DNA of 64,000 nt from an uncultured Verrucomicrobiae bacterium (GTDB taxonomy: Bacteria; Verrucomicrobiota; Verrucomicrobiia; Chthoniobacterales; UBA10450). The notes beneath the pieces are model-generated. The model saw only the letters and a program-made list of their open reading frames with translations, ran no database searches and was not told where the DNA came from. Each line of letters begins with the position of its first letter. The first letter of the stretch is position 1. Shown here piece after piece: positions 31,253-40,956 of the stretch. The position numbers were made by a program, and so were the translations under genes. The stretch lies in assembly GCA_963772365.1 (NCBI GenBank), contig CAVYXA010000003.1, positions 352,001 through 416,000 of the forward strand, written 5' to 3'.

Positions 31253-32715
31253 TCGCCTGGACGATTTACATCACCTTCGGTGGCGCAATTCTCCTGCTGG
31301 TGCTGCCTCGCAATTGGTCGCGCTGGTTCGCGCTGCTCACCACAGTTGCCGGATTTGCAATCAGTCTGACGACCTTTTTCGCCTCCGATGTCGATCTAAT
31401 GCATTTCACAACGATCGTCCGCGTCCTCTGGGTGCCGATGCTGGGTATGAATTATCATCTCGCCATCGACGGCATCAGCCTAACCATGATGCTGGTCACG
31501 GGAATTTCCGCAGTCAGCGCAGTTCTTTTTTCCTGGGATGTCGAAGATCGCCAGAACGAATTCTTTTTTTGGCTACTTCTGGTGGTCGGCGGTTCCTACG
31601 GCGTTTTCCTGAGCGCCGATCTTTTTTTGCTCTTTCTCTTCTACGAACTCGTGATTGTGCCAAAATATTTCCTCATCGCCATCTTCGGATCCACTAACAA
31701 GGAATATGGCGCGATGAAATTGACGCTGTATTCGTTCTTCGGCGGCGCTTTGGTTTTTCTCGGAATCCTCGCCGCGTATGTCACCGCCGGATCTCTGGAG
31801 CTGGATCAGCTCGGGCAATTTGAATTTCCACCGCAGCTCGAAGCATGGGCTTTCCCGGTGTTGTTTCTCGGGTTCGCTGTCCTTGCCGGTATTTGGCCAT
31901 TGCATACATGGGCGCCGACGGGCCATGTGGCCGCGCCTACTGCAGGCTCAATGTTGCTGGCTGGCATCGTCATGAAACTTGGCGCCTACGCAGGACTGCG
32001 TGTCGCGATAAACATTTTTCCGCAAGGATTTCACATCTGGAGTAAATGGATCGCTGTTCTGGCGGTGATTGGAATTGTCTACGCAGCGGCCGTCGCCCTT
32101 CGCCAACGCGATCTAAAATTCGTCATTGGTTATTCCAGCGTCAGCCACATGGGTTTCGTTTTGCTCGGGCTCGCAACCGCAAACGCATTAGGAGTTTCCG
32201 GTGCAGTGTTGCAGATGTTCTCTCACGGAGTGATCGCGGCCCTGCTCTTCGCCGTGGCTGGACGCATGATTTATCGCCGCACTCACACCCGCGATCTCGA
32301 TGAATTGTCGATGCTGCAATTGAATCGTGCGCTGCCCTTCGCCGCGTTCACGTTCGTAATCGCCTCGGCCGCGTCGATGGGTATTCCCGGCTTCAGCGGA
32401 TTCGCCGCCGAAATTACAATTTTGATCGGCGTATGGAAAACGTATCCGATCGCGGTTTGGATCACCGGCGCGGGAATGGTCCTCGTTGCTGCGTTCACCT
32501 TGCGCGCTCTCATCAAGTCATTTTTTGGAGAGGTTCGGACCCAAGCGGGCCGCGTTCCGGTTGATTCGGATTGGCACGAGCTGCCGCCCATCACACTTGC
32601 CGAAAAGTGTGGAGCCTCTCTGCTGATGACCGCAACGCTCGTCATTGGACTTTATCCGAAGTTTCTGCTCGATCGAATTCAACCCGCTGTCGAAGCCATG
32701 CGGTTTTTGAAATGA
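31249..32715 (+). CDS. nuoM: NADH-quinone oxidoreductase subunit M, copy 2 (divergent)
   Basis: IDGIS, WPLHTWAPTGHVAAPT, MKLGAY, YSSVSHMG, GIPGFSGF.AE. Confidence 0.92.
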   Translation: MIAWTIYITFGGAILLLVLPRNWSRWFALLTTVAGFAISLTTFFASDVDLMHFTTIVRVLWVPMLGMNYHLAIDGISLTMMLVTGISAVSAVLFSWDVEDRQNEFFFWLLLVVGGSYGVFLSADLFLLFLFYELVIVPKYFLIAIFGSTNKEYGAMKLTLYSFFGGALVFLGILAAYVTAGSLELDQLGQFEFPPQLEAWAFPVLFLGFAVLAGIWPLHTWAPTGHVAAPTAGSMLLAGIVMKLGAYAGLRVAINIFPQGFHIWSKWIAVLAVIGIVYAAAVALRQRDLKFVIGYSSVSHMGFVLLGLATANALGVSGAVLQMFSHGVIAALLFAVAGRMIYRRTHTRDLDELSMLQLNRALPFAAFTFVIASAASMGIPGFSGFAAEITILIGVWKTYPIAVWITGAGMVLVAAFTLRALIKSFFGEVRTQAGRVPVDSDWHELPPITLAEKCGASLLMTATLVIGLYPKFLLDRIQPAVEAMRFLK

Positions 32716-34175
32716 ACTATTTGGAACTCCTCAAGCTTGCTTCGCCAGAGGTCGTCGTCGTCGTCACAGCGCTCGCTGTGCTCACGATTGGACTCGTGAG
32801 CAAGCGTGCGTCGATGTTCTGTTCGTTTATTGCTGCGTTCGGGTTAATCCTCGCGATCGGCGCGATGTCGATCTTGCCGAAAAGCGCGACGTTGTTCGGA
32901 GGGATGCTTGTCATCACGCCGCTTACTGCGCTCTTCAAAATCATCTGCATGACACTCGCATTTTTTACCGTGCTCCTGGCGCAATCCGAGACTTCGTTGC
33001 GCAATCACGGCGAGTACGTCGCCATGGTTCTGTTGGCAACCGTTGGAATGATGTTGCTCGTCGGCAGCGAGGAATTGCTCATGATTTTCATCGGCCTCGA
33101 ACTGCTGGGCCTATCGCTGTATGTGCTGACGGCGTTTAACAAGATCGACATTCGTTCGGCCGAGGCCGGCCTGAAATATTTCCTGTTCGGCAGCACGGCC
33201 AGCGCGTTCACACTTTTCGGGATCAGCCTGATCTATGGAATGTCGGGATCGACTGTCCTGGCGGTAGTTGGTCAAAAGTTGATTGCCATCCCGATGCAGC
33301 CGCTACTCGTCGCAGGTCTGATCATGACGCTGGTTGGCTTCGCATTCAAAATCGCTGCTGCACCATTCCATTTTTGGGCTCCGGATGCATATCAGGGCGC
33401 GCCGATCCCAAGCGCTGCCTTTATTGCTTCGGGATCGAAAGTCGCATCCTTTGTCGTGTTAGGGAAAATTGTGCTTGTTGGATTCGGGCCAGCGCATGGC
33501 AGCGCCGCCTGGCACGGGTGGGTCGCCGGATGGTCTCCCGTTCTCGCTGCTCTGGCTGCGTTGTCGATCCTGTTAGGCAATTTCGTCGCGCTAGTGCAAA
33601 CGAATGTCCGCCGGCTCCTTGCTTATTCGGCGGTCGCGCACGCCGGATACACATTACTCGGACTAGTCGCTGGCGGCCGGGATGGGTTTTCGGCCACGTT
33701 GTTTTACACAACCATTTATGCCGCCACCTTGATCGGCGCGTTTGCGATTGTGGGATTCGTTCGACAAACGACCGGTGGCGACGACCTAAAGGACTTTGCC
33801 GGGTTATCATCACGCTCTCCGTTGCTCGCCGGATGCATGGCTATCTTCATGCTCTCCCTGGCCGGTCTCCCGCCGTTAGCAGGATTCTTCGGGAAATTCT
33901 ACCTGTTTAGTACAGCGTTTCGCGCTGGGGAAAATCACGGCTTGCTCTGGCTCGTGGCTCTTGCTCTCTTCGGCAGTTTCGTATCGCTCTATTATTATTT
34001 GATTGTGCTCAAAATGATTTTTGTGAGCGAAGCGCCGTCATCAGCAACGCAATCACCTGTCGCTTCGGGGGACTTCTTGCGCCGGATGGTTGTCCTCGTC
34101 CTCGCGGCGGTTGTCCTTCTGCTCGGAATCGCACCGCAAATATTGGCAACGCGGATTCTTGCTTCGTTACGCTGA
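32712..34175 (+). CDS. nuoN: NADH-quinone oxidoreductase subunit N
   Basis: EAGLKYF, FKIAAAPFHFWAPDAYQGAP, RLLAYS, SLAGLPP..GF.GK. Confidence 0.95.
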   Translation: MNYLELLKLASPEVVVVVTALAVLTIGLVSKRASMFCSFIAAFGLILAIGAMSILPKSATLFGGMLVITPLTALFKIICMTLAFFTVLLAQSETSLRNHGEYVAMVLLATVGMMLLVGSEELLMIFIGLELLGLSLYVLTAFNKIDIRSAEAGLKYFLFGSTASAFTLFGISLIYGMSGSTVLAVVGQKLIAIPMQPLLVAGLIMTLVGFAFKIAAAPFHFWAPDAYQGAPIPSAAFIASGSKVASFVVLGKIVLVGFGPAHGSAAWHGWVAGWSPVLAALAALSILLGNFVALVQTNVRRLLAYSAVAHAGYTLLGLVAGGRDGFSATLFYTTIYAATLIGAFAIVGFVRQTTGGDDLKDFAGLSSRSPLLAGCMAIFMLSLAGLPPLAGFFGKFYLFSTAFRAGENHGLLWLVALALFGSFVSLYYYLIVLKMIFVSEAPSSATQSPVASGDFLRRMVVLVLAAVVLLLGIAPQILATRILASLR

Positions 34176-34267
34176 AAATTCTGCAAAGAGCAGCGATTCG
34201 TTCTTGACGTATTCGATAGAAAAATTTTCATCGACATCGAACCAGAGAGATTGGACAAGTTGACGAG

Positions 34268-35245
34268 GTGAAGCCCGGCGCCATCAGCCAATTTATCGAT
34301 CGCCACTATCGGCACTTCAACGCCGCTGTGGTCAAGGATGCCGCAGATGCTTACATCGCGCACCTCGATCGCGGCGGAAAAATGATGATCACGTTGGCCG
34401 GTGCGATGAGCACAGGCGAATTAGGCATCTCTCTCGCCGAAATGATTCGGCAGGACAAAGTCCATGCGATTACCTGCACCGGCGCCAATCTGGAGGAGGA
34501 TCTTTTCAATCTCGTCGCTCGAACGAAGTATGAACGCATCCCCAATTATCGTGAATTGACTCCGCAGCAGGAAGAGGCGCTGCTCAAGCGGCATTTGAAT
34601 CGCGTCACAGATACCTGCATTCCTGAGGAGGAAGCCATCCGGCGGATCGAACGAATCGTGATCGACGAATGGATCAGCGCCGCGAAAAAGAAGGAGCGCT
34701 TTTTCCCGCACGAGTTCCTGTTCAAAATTCTCAAGGAATGCCGGTTGAAGAAACATTACGAAATCGACCCGGCCGACAGCTGGATGATTGCGGCGGCTCA
34801 CAAGAATCTGCCTATGGTTGTTCCCGGTTGGGAAGATTCGACGCTCGGGAACATCTTCGCCGCACGTTGCATCACCGGAATGATCTCCGATGTGCACACG
34901 GTGCGGTCCGGTATCGAATACATGATCGAGCTAGCGACTTGGTATCGGGCCGCCTCGCAGGACTCCTCGATTGGCTTTTTTCAAATAGGCGGCGGCATCG
35001 CGGGAGATTTCCCGATTTGCGTGGTGCCGATGTTGAACCAGGACATTGTCACGACTCCTGTCCCCGAGTGGGGCTACTTCTGCCAAATCAGCGATTCGAC
35101 CACGAGCTTCGGTTCTTATTCCGGCGCTGTGCCCAACGAAAAAATTACCTGGGGCAAACTAAACGCCGATACTCCGAAGTTCATTATCGAATCCGACGCG
35201 ACCATCGTTGCCCCGCTGGTTTTTGCGAAAATCCTTGGCTGGTAA
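34268..35245 (+). CDS. Deoxyhypusine synthase-like protein
   Basis: AGAMST, CTGANLEED, GGGIAGDF, GSYSGAVPNEKITWGK. Confidence 0.9.
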   Translation: MKPGAISQFIDRHYRHFNAAVVKDAADAYIAHLDRGGKMMITLAGAMSTGELGISLAEMIRQDKVHAITCTGANLEEDLFNLVARTKYERIPNYRELTPQQEEALLKRHLNRVTDTCIPEEEAIRRIERIVIDEWISAAKKKERFFPHEFLFKILKECRLKKHYEIDPADSWMIAAAHKNLPMVVPGWEDSTLGNIFAARCITGMISDVHTVRSGIEYMIELATWYRAASQDSSIGFFQIGGGIAGDFPICVVPMLNQDIVTTPVPEWGYFCQISDSTTSFGSYSGAVPNEKITWGKLNADTPKFIIESDATIVAPLVFAKILGW

Positions 35246-35296
35246 CAGCCGCGGCTTCGGGCTTGACCGCGTTTCGCGCTCCGGAAAGAATTCAGC

Positions 35297-36025
35297 ATGA
35301 AAAAATTCTCGATCTTTCACGGCGTCTTATTGGCAACTATCGGGATTCTAGTTTCGGCCTTTGGGCAGGAGCCGATCAATCCCGCAGACACATCGCTTAA
35401 AAAAGCCCAGGACAGACTTCCGGCCGATCGACCACAAATAACCGCCACGCCTAGCCAAGGTCCCGTTTCTACCTCCACCGCCGAGACCGGCGAAGCCGAA
35501 ATGATGAACCAGATGATGGAGATGTCGAAGTTAGGCGAGAACCATAAACTGCTTGCCACTTTGGCGGGGACTTGGACTTACACCGTGAAATTCTGGATGA
35601 ATCCCGATCCCAATGCGAAACCGCAGGAATCGAAGGGGACGGCTGTTCGTAAGCCGCTCTGGGATGGCCGCTACTTCATTCTCGACATCGCGGGCAAAAT
35701 GCAGGTGCCGGGACCCGGTGGGAAAATGCAAGAGAAGACGTTTAAGGGAATGGGGATCGAAGGATACGATAATGCGCAACAGAAGTTCGTCAGCGCGTGG
35801 ATGGACAATTTCGGAACCGGCATCGTAATGGCTGGAGGTGCATACGATTCCAGCACAAAAACGTTTAATTATACGGGCGAGTACGAGCCAGCGCCTGGAA
35901 TGAAGGAACAGTTCCGCGAAGTGGTGAAAATTATCGATAAGGACCATCACACTCTCCAGTGGTATGAGAACAGAGACGGGAAAGAAGTGAAGACGATGCA
36001 GATTGATTATACGCGCAAAAAATGA
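35297..36025 (+). CDS. Secreted DUF1579-like protein
   Basis: Signal peptide; HKLL...GTW, FKGMG..GYDN...FVSAWMDNFGTG, YTRKK. Confidence 0.75.
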   Translation: MKKFSIFHGVLLATIGILVSAFGQEPINPADTSLKKAQDRLPADRPQITATPSQGPVSTSTAETGEAEMMNQMMEMSKLGENHKLLATLAGTWTYTVKFWMNPDPNAKPQESKGTAVRKPLWDGRYFILDIAGKMQVPGPGGKMQEKTFKGMGIEGYDNAQQKFVSAWMDNFGTGIVMAGGAYDSSTKTFNYTGEYEPAPGMKEQFREVVKIIDKDHHTLQWYENRDGKEVKTMQIDYTRKK

Positions 36026-36066
36026 CGCGTGGCGTCTAACTTTCTCGTTTCCGTCGATCTTCTTTT

Positions 36067-37041
36067 GTGCCAGCGAATGCTGACGTCAGATCGCAGTTCC
36101 CTTCCGAGCAATCGGCTTCAGGGGAATTTCAGCGGCAGGAAGACGTTTTCCGGGAATGGATATCGAGCGATGGGTCAACTGCATATCCCGCCGCGCGGGA
36201 CCGCTATCATCTCTATGTGTCGCTGGCGTGTCCCTGGGCAAGCCGCACCATCATTTTTCGCAAACTAAAAGGCCTCGAAGAAACGATTGGCATGACGATT
36301 GTCGATCCTATCCGTGACGAAAAAGGCTGGGCATTTCGACCGGAGCGCGACCCGGTCAATGGGTTTGAAAATTTGAGCCAGGCCTACACTGCGACCGATC
36401 CGGATTACAAAGAGCGGGTGACTGTGCCTGTCCTTTGGGACAAGCAGTCGAAGCGGATCGTAAACAACTGCGAGGATGACATCTGCCGCATGTTTAACGA
36501 TGTGTTTAACGAGTTTGGCAGGAACGATGTCGATTTTTTCCCGAAGGAGATCGAGACCGATCACGCGAAGCTGTCCCAGTTCATCCACGACAATATCAAT
36601 AACGGCGTTTACAAGGCTGGGTTCGCCAGTCGCCAGCGGCCTTACGAGATTTCCTGCCGGAAACTTTTCGAGGCGCTCGATAAAACGGAGCACCGGTTAT
36701 CCACGAGCCGATACCTGTTCGGCAATCGTCTTGTTGAAGCAGATTGGCGTTTGTTCTGTACGCTGGTCCGATTCGACGTGGTTTATTACATCCATTTCAA
36801 GTGCAGTCTGCGCCGCATCATCGATTATCCAAATCTGCGGGGCTATCTCATGGACCTGTATCAACAGCGCGGTATCGCAGAGACCGTCAGTTTCGATCAC
36901 ATCAAACGTCATTATTACATGACGCATCGCGAGATTAACCCGACGCGAATTGTGCCACTCGGTCCCGTTGTCGATCTTAGCCTGCCGCACGGCCGGGAGA
37001 AATTGTCCGGATCGGAACCGCACACGGAAGATAACCTGTAG
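36067..37041 (+). CDS. Glutathionyl-hydroquinone reductase (YqjG-like)
   Basis: YHLYVSLACPWASR, TVPVLWD, NNGVYKAGFA, LVRFDVVY, HIKRHYY. Confidence 0.9.
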   Translation: MPANADVRSQFPSEQSASGEFQRQEDVFREWISSDGSTAYPAARDRYHLYVSLACPWASRTIIFRKLKGLEETIGMTIVDPIRDEKGWAFRPERDPVNGFENLSQAYTATDPDYKERVTVPVLWDKQSKRIVNNCEDDICRMFNDVFNEFGRNDVDFFPKEIETDHAKLSQFIHDNINNGVYKAGFASRQRPYEISCRKLFEALDKTEHRLSTSRYLFGNRLVEADWRLFCTLVRFDVVYYIHFKCSLRRIIDYPNLRGYLMDLYQQRGIAETVSFDHIKRHYYMTHREINPTRIVPLGPVVDLSLPHGREKLSGSEPHTEDNL

Positions 37042-37165
37042 AGAAAACTGGTAGCTTCCTTCCAAAATCGGGCTCGGCATAAGGACTGCTTTCGATCTCA
37101 AGAGCCGCTCGGATACGACCAGTCTAAAAGCCGTTCGCGAATCCAGTGGCAGTTGGGTGGGGAAG

Positions 37166-37561
37166 ATGAGCGAGGATCGGACGAAAGTTTCTGACCAGGC
37201 GGGCAAGAGTTTGCGCATTCTCGTTGTGGAAGATCACGGTGATACGCGACGAACACTGGCTCGGCTCTTGAGTTATTTCGGGCATGAGATTTCGGCAGCC
37301 GATTCCAAGTACAGCGCCTTGGAAATGATTGCCGCCAAAAAATTCGATGTTCTCCTGAGCGATATTGCTTTGCCCGATGGAACCGGCTACGAAGTGATGT
37401 CACAGGCCAGGGAAAAACAGTCGATCAAAGGAGTCGCCCTCACTGGCTTGGATCAGGAAGAAGACATCAATCGCGGTCGCGCAGCCGGCTTTGATTTCTA
37501 TCTGAGCAAGCCAGTAGATTTTCACGAGCTTCGCACCGTTCTGGGAAATATCGGAGCGTGA
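37166..37561 (+). CDS. Single-domain response regulator
   Basis: ILVVEDH, LLSDIALPDG, AGFD.YLSKP. Confidence 0.88.
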   Translation: MSEDRTKVSDQAGKSLRILVVEDHGDTRRTLARLLSYFGHEISAADSKYSALEMIAAKKFDVLLSDIALPDGTGYEVMSQAREKQSIKGVALTGLDQEEDINRGRAAGFDFYLSKPVDFHELRTVLGNIGA

Positions 37562-37748
37562 CTGCCGCCGGGCGAAGATCAGTTTAACGTCTAATAACTG
37601 CGGGCGGATTGATCAGCGGCGCAGCGTTATTTCGCGGAGGTAAGGCATCCGTTCCCCACGGACTTTACGATCTCTCGGAGAGACTGTGAAAACCACATCT
37701 CATATCCGCCCAAAAACCCATTGGCATGCTACGCCAGCGTCATTCCCA

Positions 37749-40662
37749 TGAATCCTATGAAATCATCCATCATCCCTGCAGTTGTTGTCGTTCTAAATAA
37801 ATGGTATCGCGTCGCACAATTCGATTCGAATGGCTTGCGAAGGTTCACTCGCCTGTTGTCTGTGGTTCTTTTTCTGTCCTGCGGCTCGGCACTCGGTTTT
37901 GTCGCACTGACTTATCCGACGTCAAACATCAAACTTCTTCGGCTTGCTTATGACCATCCCTCTACAACGCGCGTCAGCTTACACGCCGATTAATCCAAAC
38001 ATTGTGCGTGCTGTTCGCGCGCAAGCGATGGGTGCAGTCAGCGGACCGACCTTCGGCCATCCCATCATCAGCGGAGTTCAAGGTGTCGGTTTCGAACAGG
38101 ATTTGCGCGCTGATCCTTCAGACGCGGCCCGGATTTACACCAGCGCGCCGGGATCGGAGTCATCGGACACGAGCTGGATCTGGCAATCGCTGGACGGAGG
38201 TCTAACGTTCAAGTGGGTTACGGCGGCGATCCCGTTTGAGGGGAAACCAACCCCGCCATGCGCCGGTGGCGGCGATAGCGAATTAGGCGTGGACATCATG
38301 GGTCGTATCTATTTTTGCGACTTGACCCTGGCTAACTTCAGCACTGCGCGTTCGGATGATTTGGGTGCAACCTTCATTTGCAGCAATACTGGCGTGCCGG
38401 ACGCAGTCGTGGATCGACAGTGGTATGCCTTTGATGGTGATCCTTTGAACGGCGGCAGCATTTACCTAACGAACGATGAAGTCGCGCAAAGCCCGGCGAT
38501 GTGCGGTGCGCCAACGAACTTCGGCCAGAACATTCTGGTTATGTATCGGTCGCCGATAACAGGTGCGCCGGCAACAACTGCAGGTATTGAGTTCGGCCCA
38601 GCCAACAAGGTGAGTGACCCGATGGGCTGTGACGAAGGTATCATGGGCAACAACGAAGTGAGCCCAGTCGCCACTACCCTCGGTCAGCCCGACGGCAGCG
38701 GCGGCTACACAACTTTGCCCGCGCCGGTGAAAGCACGTCTTCGTTGTTCACGACGATGCGTTGCTAAATCAGAATCCTGATTGGCCGCTGTTTCCCAGTC
38801 GCGTTCGGACGCGCCGGTGCCAAACGTGAGCGATCCGAGCGGATTGAATTGCGCCGATCTCCCGGTGACGGAACTCGGCACAGAGTGTGAAGACAGGCGG
38901 GAATTTCCCGACCATGGCAATCGACGCGGCGGGCAATCTTTACACGGTGTGGGAACAAGCGCCCATCGACGCCGGTGGTCTGGTTACTGGCGATACGGTG
39001 TTGAAATACAGTTACTCCACCGACCAGGGCAACACATGGTCGGCGCCGATAACGATCGATACTTCCGGCTCGCCGGTGGGGATATTGCACACAAATGTTT
39101 TTGCCTGGATCGCAGCGGGTGATGATGGCCGTGTTGGGATCGCGTGGTAGGCACACCGGGCCAGCCACCATTTCCTGCCAACGGACCGGATTCCTGCGGA
39201 TCGAATTGCGACTGGAGCTTGTGGTACGTGATGAGCACAAACGCGCACGAGCGCCACGCCCAGCTTTAGCGCGCCGGTAGAGGCGAGTGAACATTTCGTT
39301 CACCGCGGCAGCCAGTACACCTTGATCGGCGGCCAAAATGGCGACCGCACCCAGGGCGATTTTCTCCAGATGCGAATGGGCGCGCGCGGCGAAGCCGAAA
39401 TCGGTTATTCGGATTCGAACAATGTCGATGAAGTATTCGCGCCGCACGGTATGTTCGTCAGGCAAAATGGCGGGCCTGGTTTACTGGTTGCTTCTTCACC
39501 GGTCAGCGTTTCCGGCCTGACTCCATTTAACAGCGTGACCGATCCGACTGGCGACGGGAAATACCAGCAAGGCGGAATCAGTAATGCGAACATGCCGCAA
39601 CTCGACGTCACCGGATCCAACATCACAATTGCGACCACTGCGCCCGTGCTCTGCGGCGGCGCCATGTTATCGAGTTGAGATGCGGATCAACAATCTCTCT
39701 CTTGCTCCAAGTATTACGCAGGATCCCGATATCGATCTCGTGTGGAGCACGCAGTGGCTGGTGCCCTCTTCCACGGATGTCAACGGCGGAAAGAACTTCC
39801 ACGTTTATGCCGAATCGACCAATGGCGGCGGTTTCCAGTGTTACTACGGCGAAAATGCAGCCGCGGCGGTCGGCGGTGGCGTGGCGCTCACTTATCCGGG
39901 AGGAAGTACTGCGCTGCCTGCGGCGAATTGCCAATCCACGCTCGGCCCGAACGGCAACATTGTGATTTACGTGCCGCTCAGCAACGTCGCCGAAGCCGGC
40001 GCGATCGACACCAAATTGCATGAAGTGACGGCGAGCACCATGACTTTGCAGGGGCCGGCAAATGCGGTCCAGCCAGTCGGCGGAATCGGCGGGTCGTTGT
40101 TTAACCTTATCGATGTGGCGCAGGGTTATGTCTTCGACCCGGCGCAGGTCACGTTTCACGAAGGTCGTCTCGCGTAAAGTGCACGGCTCGGCGGGAACCT
40201 TTGACATTGAGCTGGCGCAAAACGGGCTCGTCTGCCGACGAATGCCGCAGCGGCGGATCCGGTGGAAATTACCAGTTGATTGTCACTTTCGTGAATCCAG
40301 ATCTCCGCAGTTGCCGGCGCGACGGTGACATCGGGAACAGGTATGGTGGATAGCGTGAGCTTCAGCGGTCGGACGTAACCATTAATCTAAGTGGCGTCAC
40401 CACTTCGCAGAGGCTGGTGATTACGCTTAACGGCGTGAACGACGGCACAACCACCGGCACCGCTACAATCACGATGCCTGTCCTGGTTGGCGACACAAAC
40501 GGCAACGGCGCGGTCAACTCCACTGACATCGGCCAAACCAAATCTCAATCAGGCCAGCCCGTGACCGCTTCCAATTTCCGCGAAGATGTGACCGCCGATG
40601 GTAACTTAAACAGCAGCGACATCTCGCTCGTGAAGTCGAAATCAGGCACCGGCCTGCCTTAG
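37749..40662 (+). pseudogene. Large secreted BNR/sialidase-like protein with C-terminal dockerin-like domain; many frameshifts
   Basis: Fragments in alternating frames: SLDGGLTF, SDDLGATF, STDQGNTW Asp-boxes; VVSRKVHGSAGTFDI; GDTNGNGAVNSTD...EDVTADGNLNSSD. Confidence 0.75.
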
Positions 40663-40777
40663 CGCGGAGAGAGAAGCCAGTCGATTTCCACGAGGTGCGG
40701 GAGGGCTCGGGGAAAAGTCAGCCCCTAACATCTCTGGATTTTCATCCTTCATCCTTCTACTTTCCTCCTTTGAAACC

Positions 40778-40849
40778 GTCCCCGTAGTTCAACGGATAGA
40801 ACGGAGGTTTCCTAAACCTTAAATGGGAGTTCGATTCTCCCCGGGGACG
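40778..40849 (+). tRNA. tRNA-Arg (CCT)
   Basis: Acceptor GTCCCCG/CGGGGAC; anticodon arm gaggt-ttCCTaa-acctt; T-loop GTTCGATT; CCA not encoded. Confidence 0.92.
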
Positions 40850-40956
40850 CTTCGTCTAGCTTCGTGCGCGCTTTACAAGCCACTGCGCTTTAAAGACTAT
40901 GGCGCCTCCGGCGATTGGTTGTACCATCCTCTTCGGAGAAGCCGATCCACCTTCCT

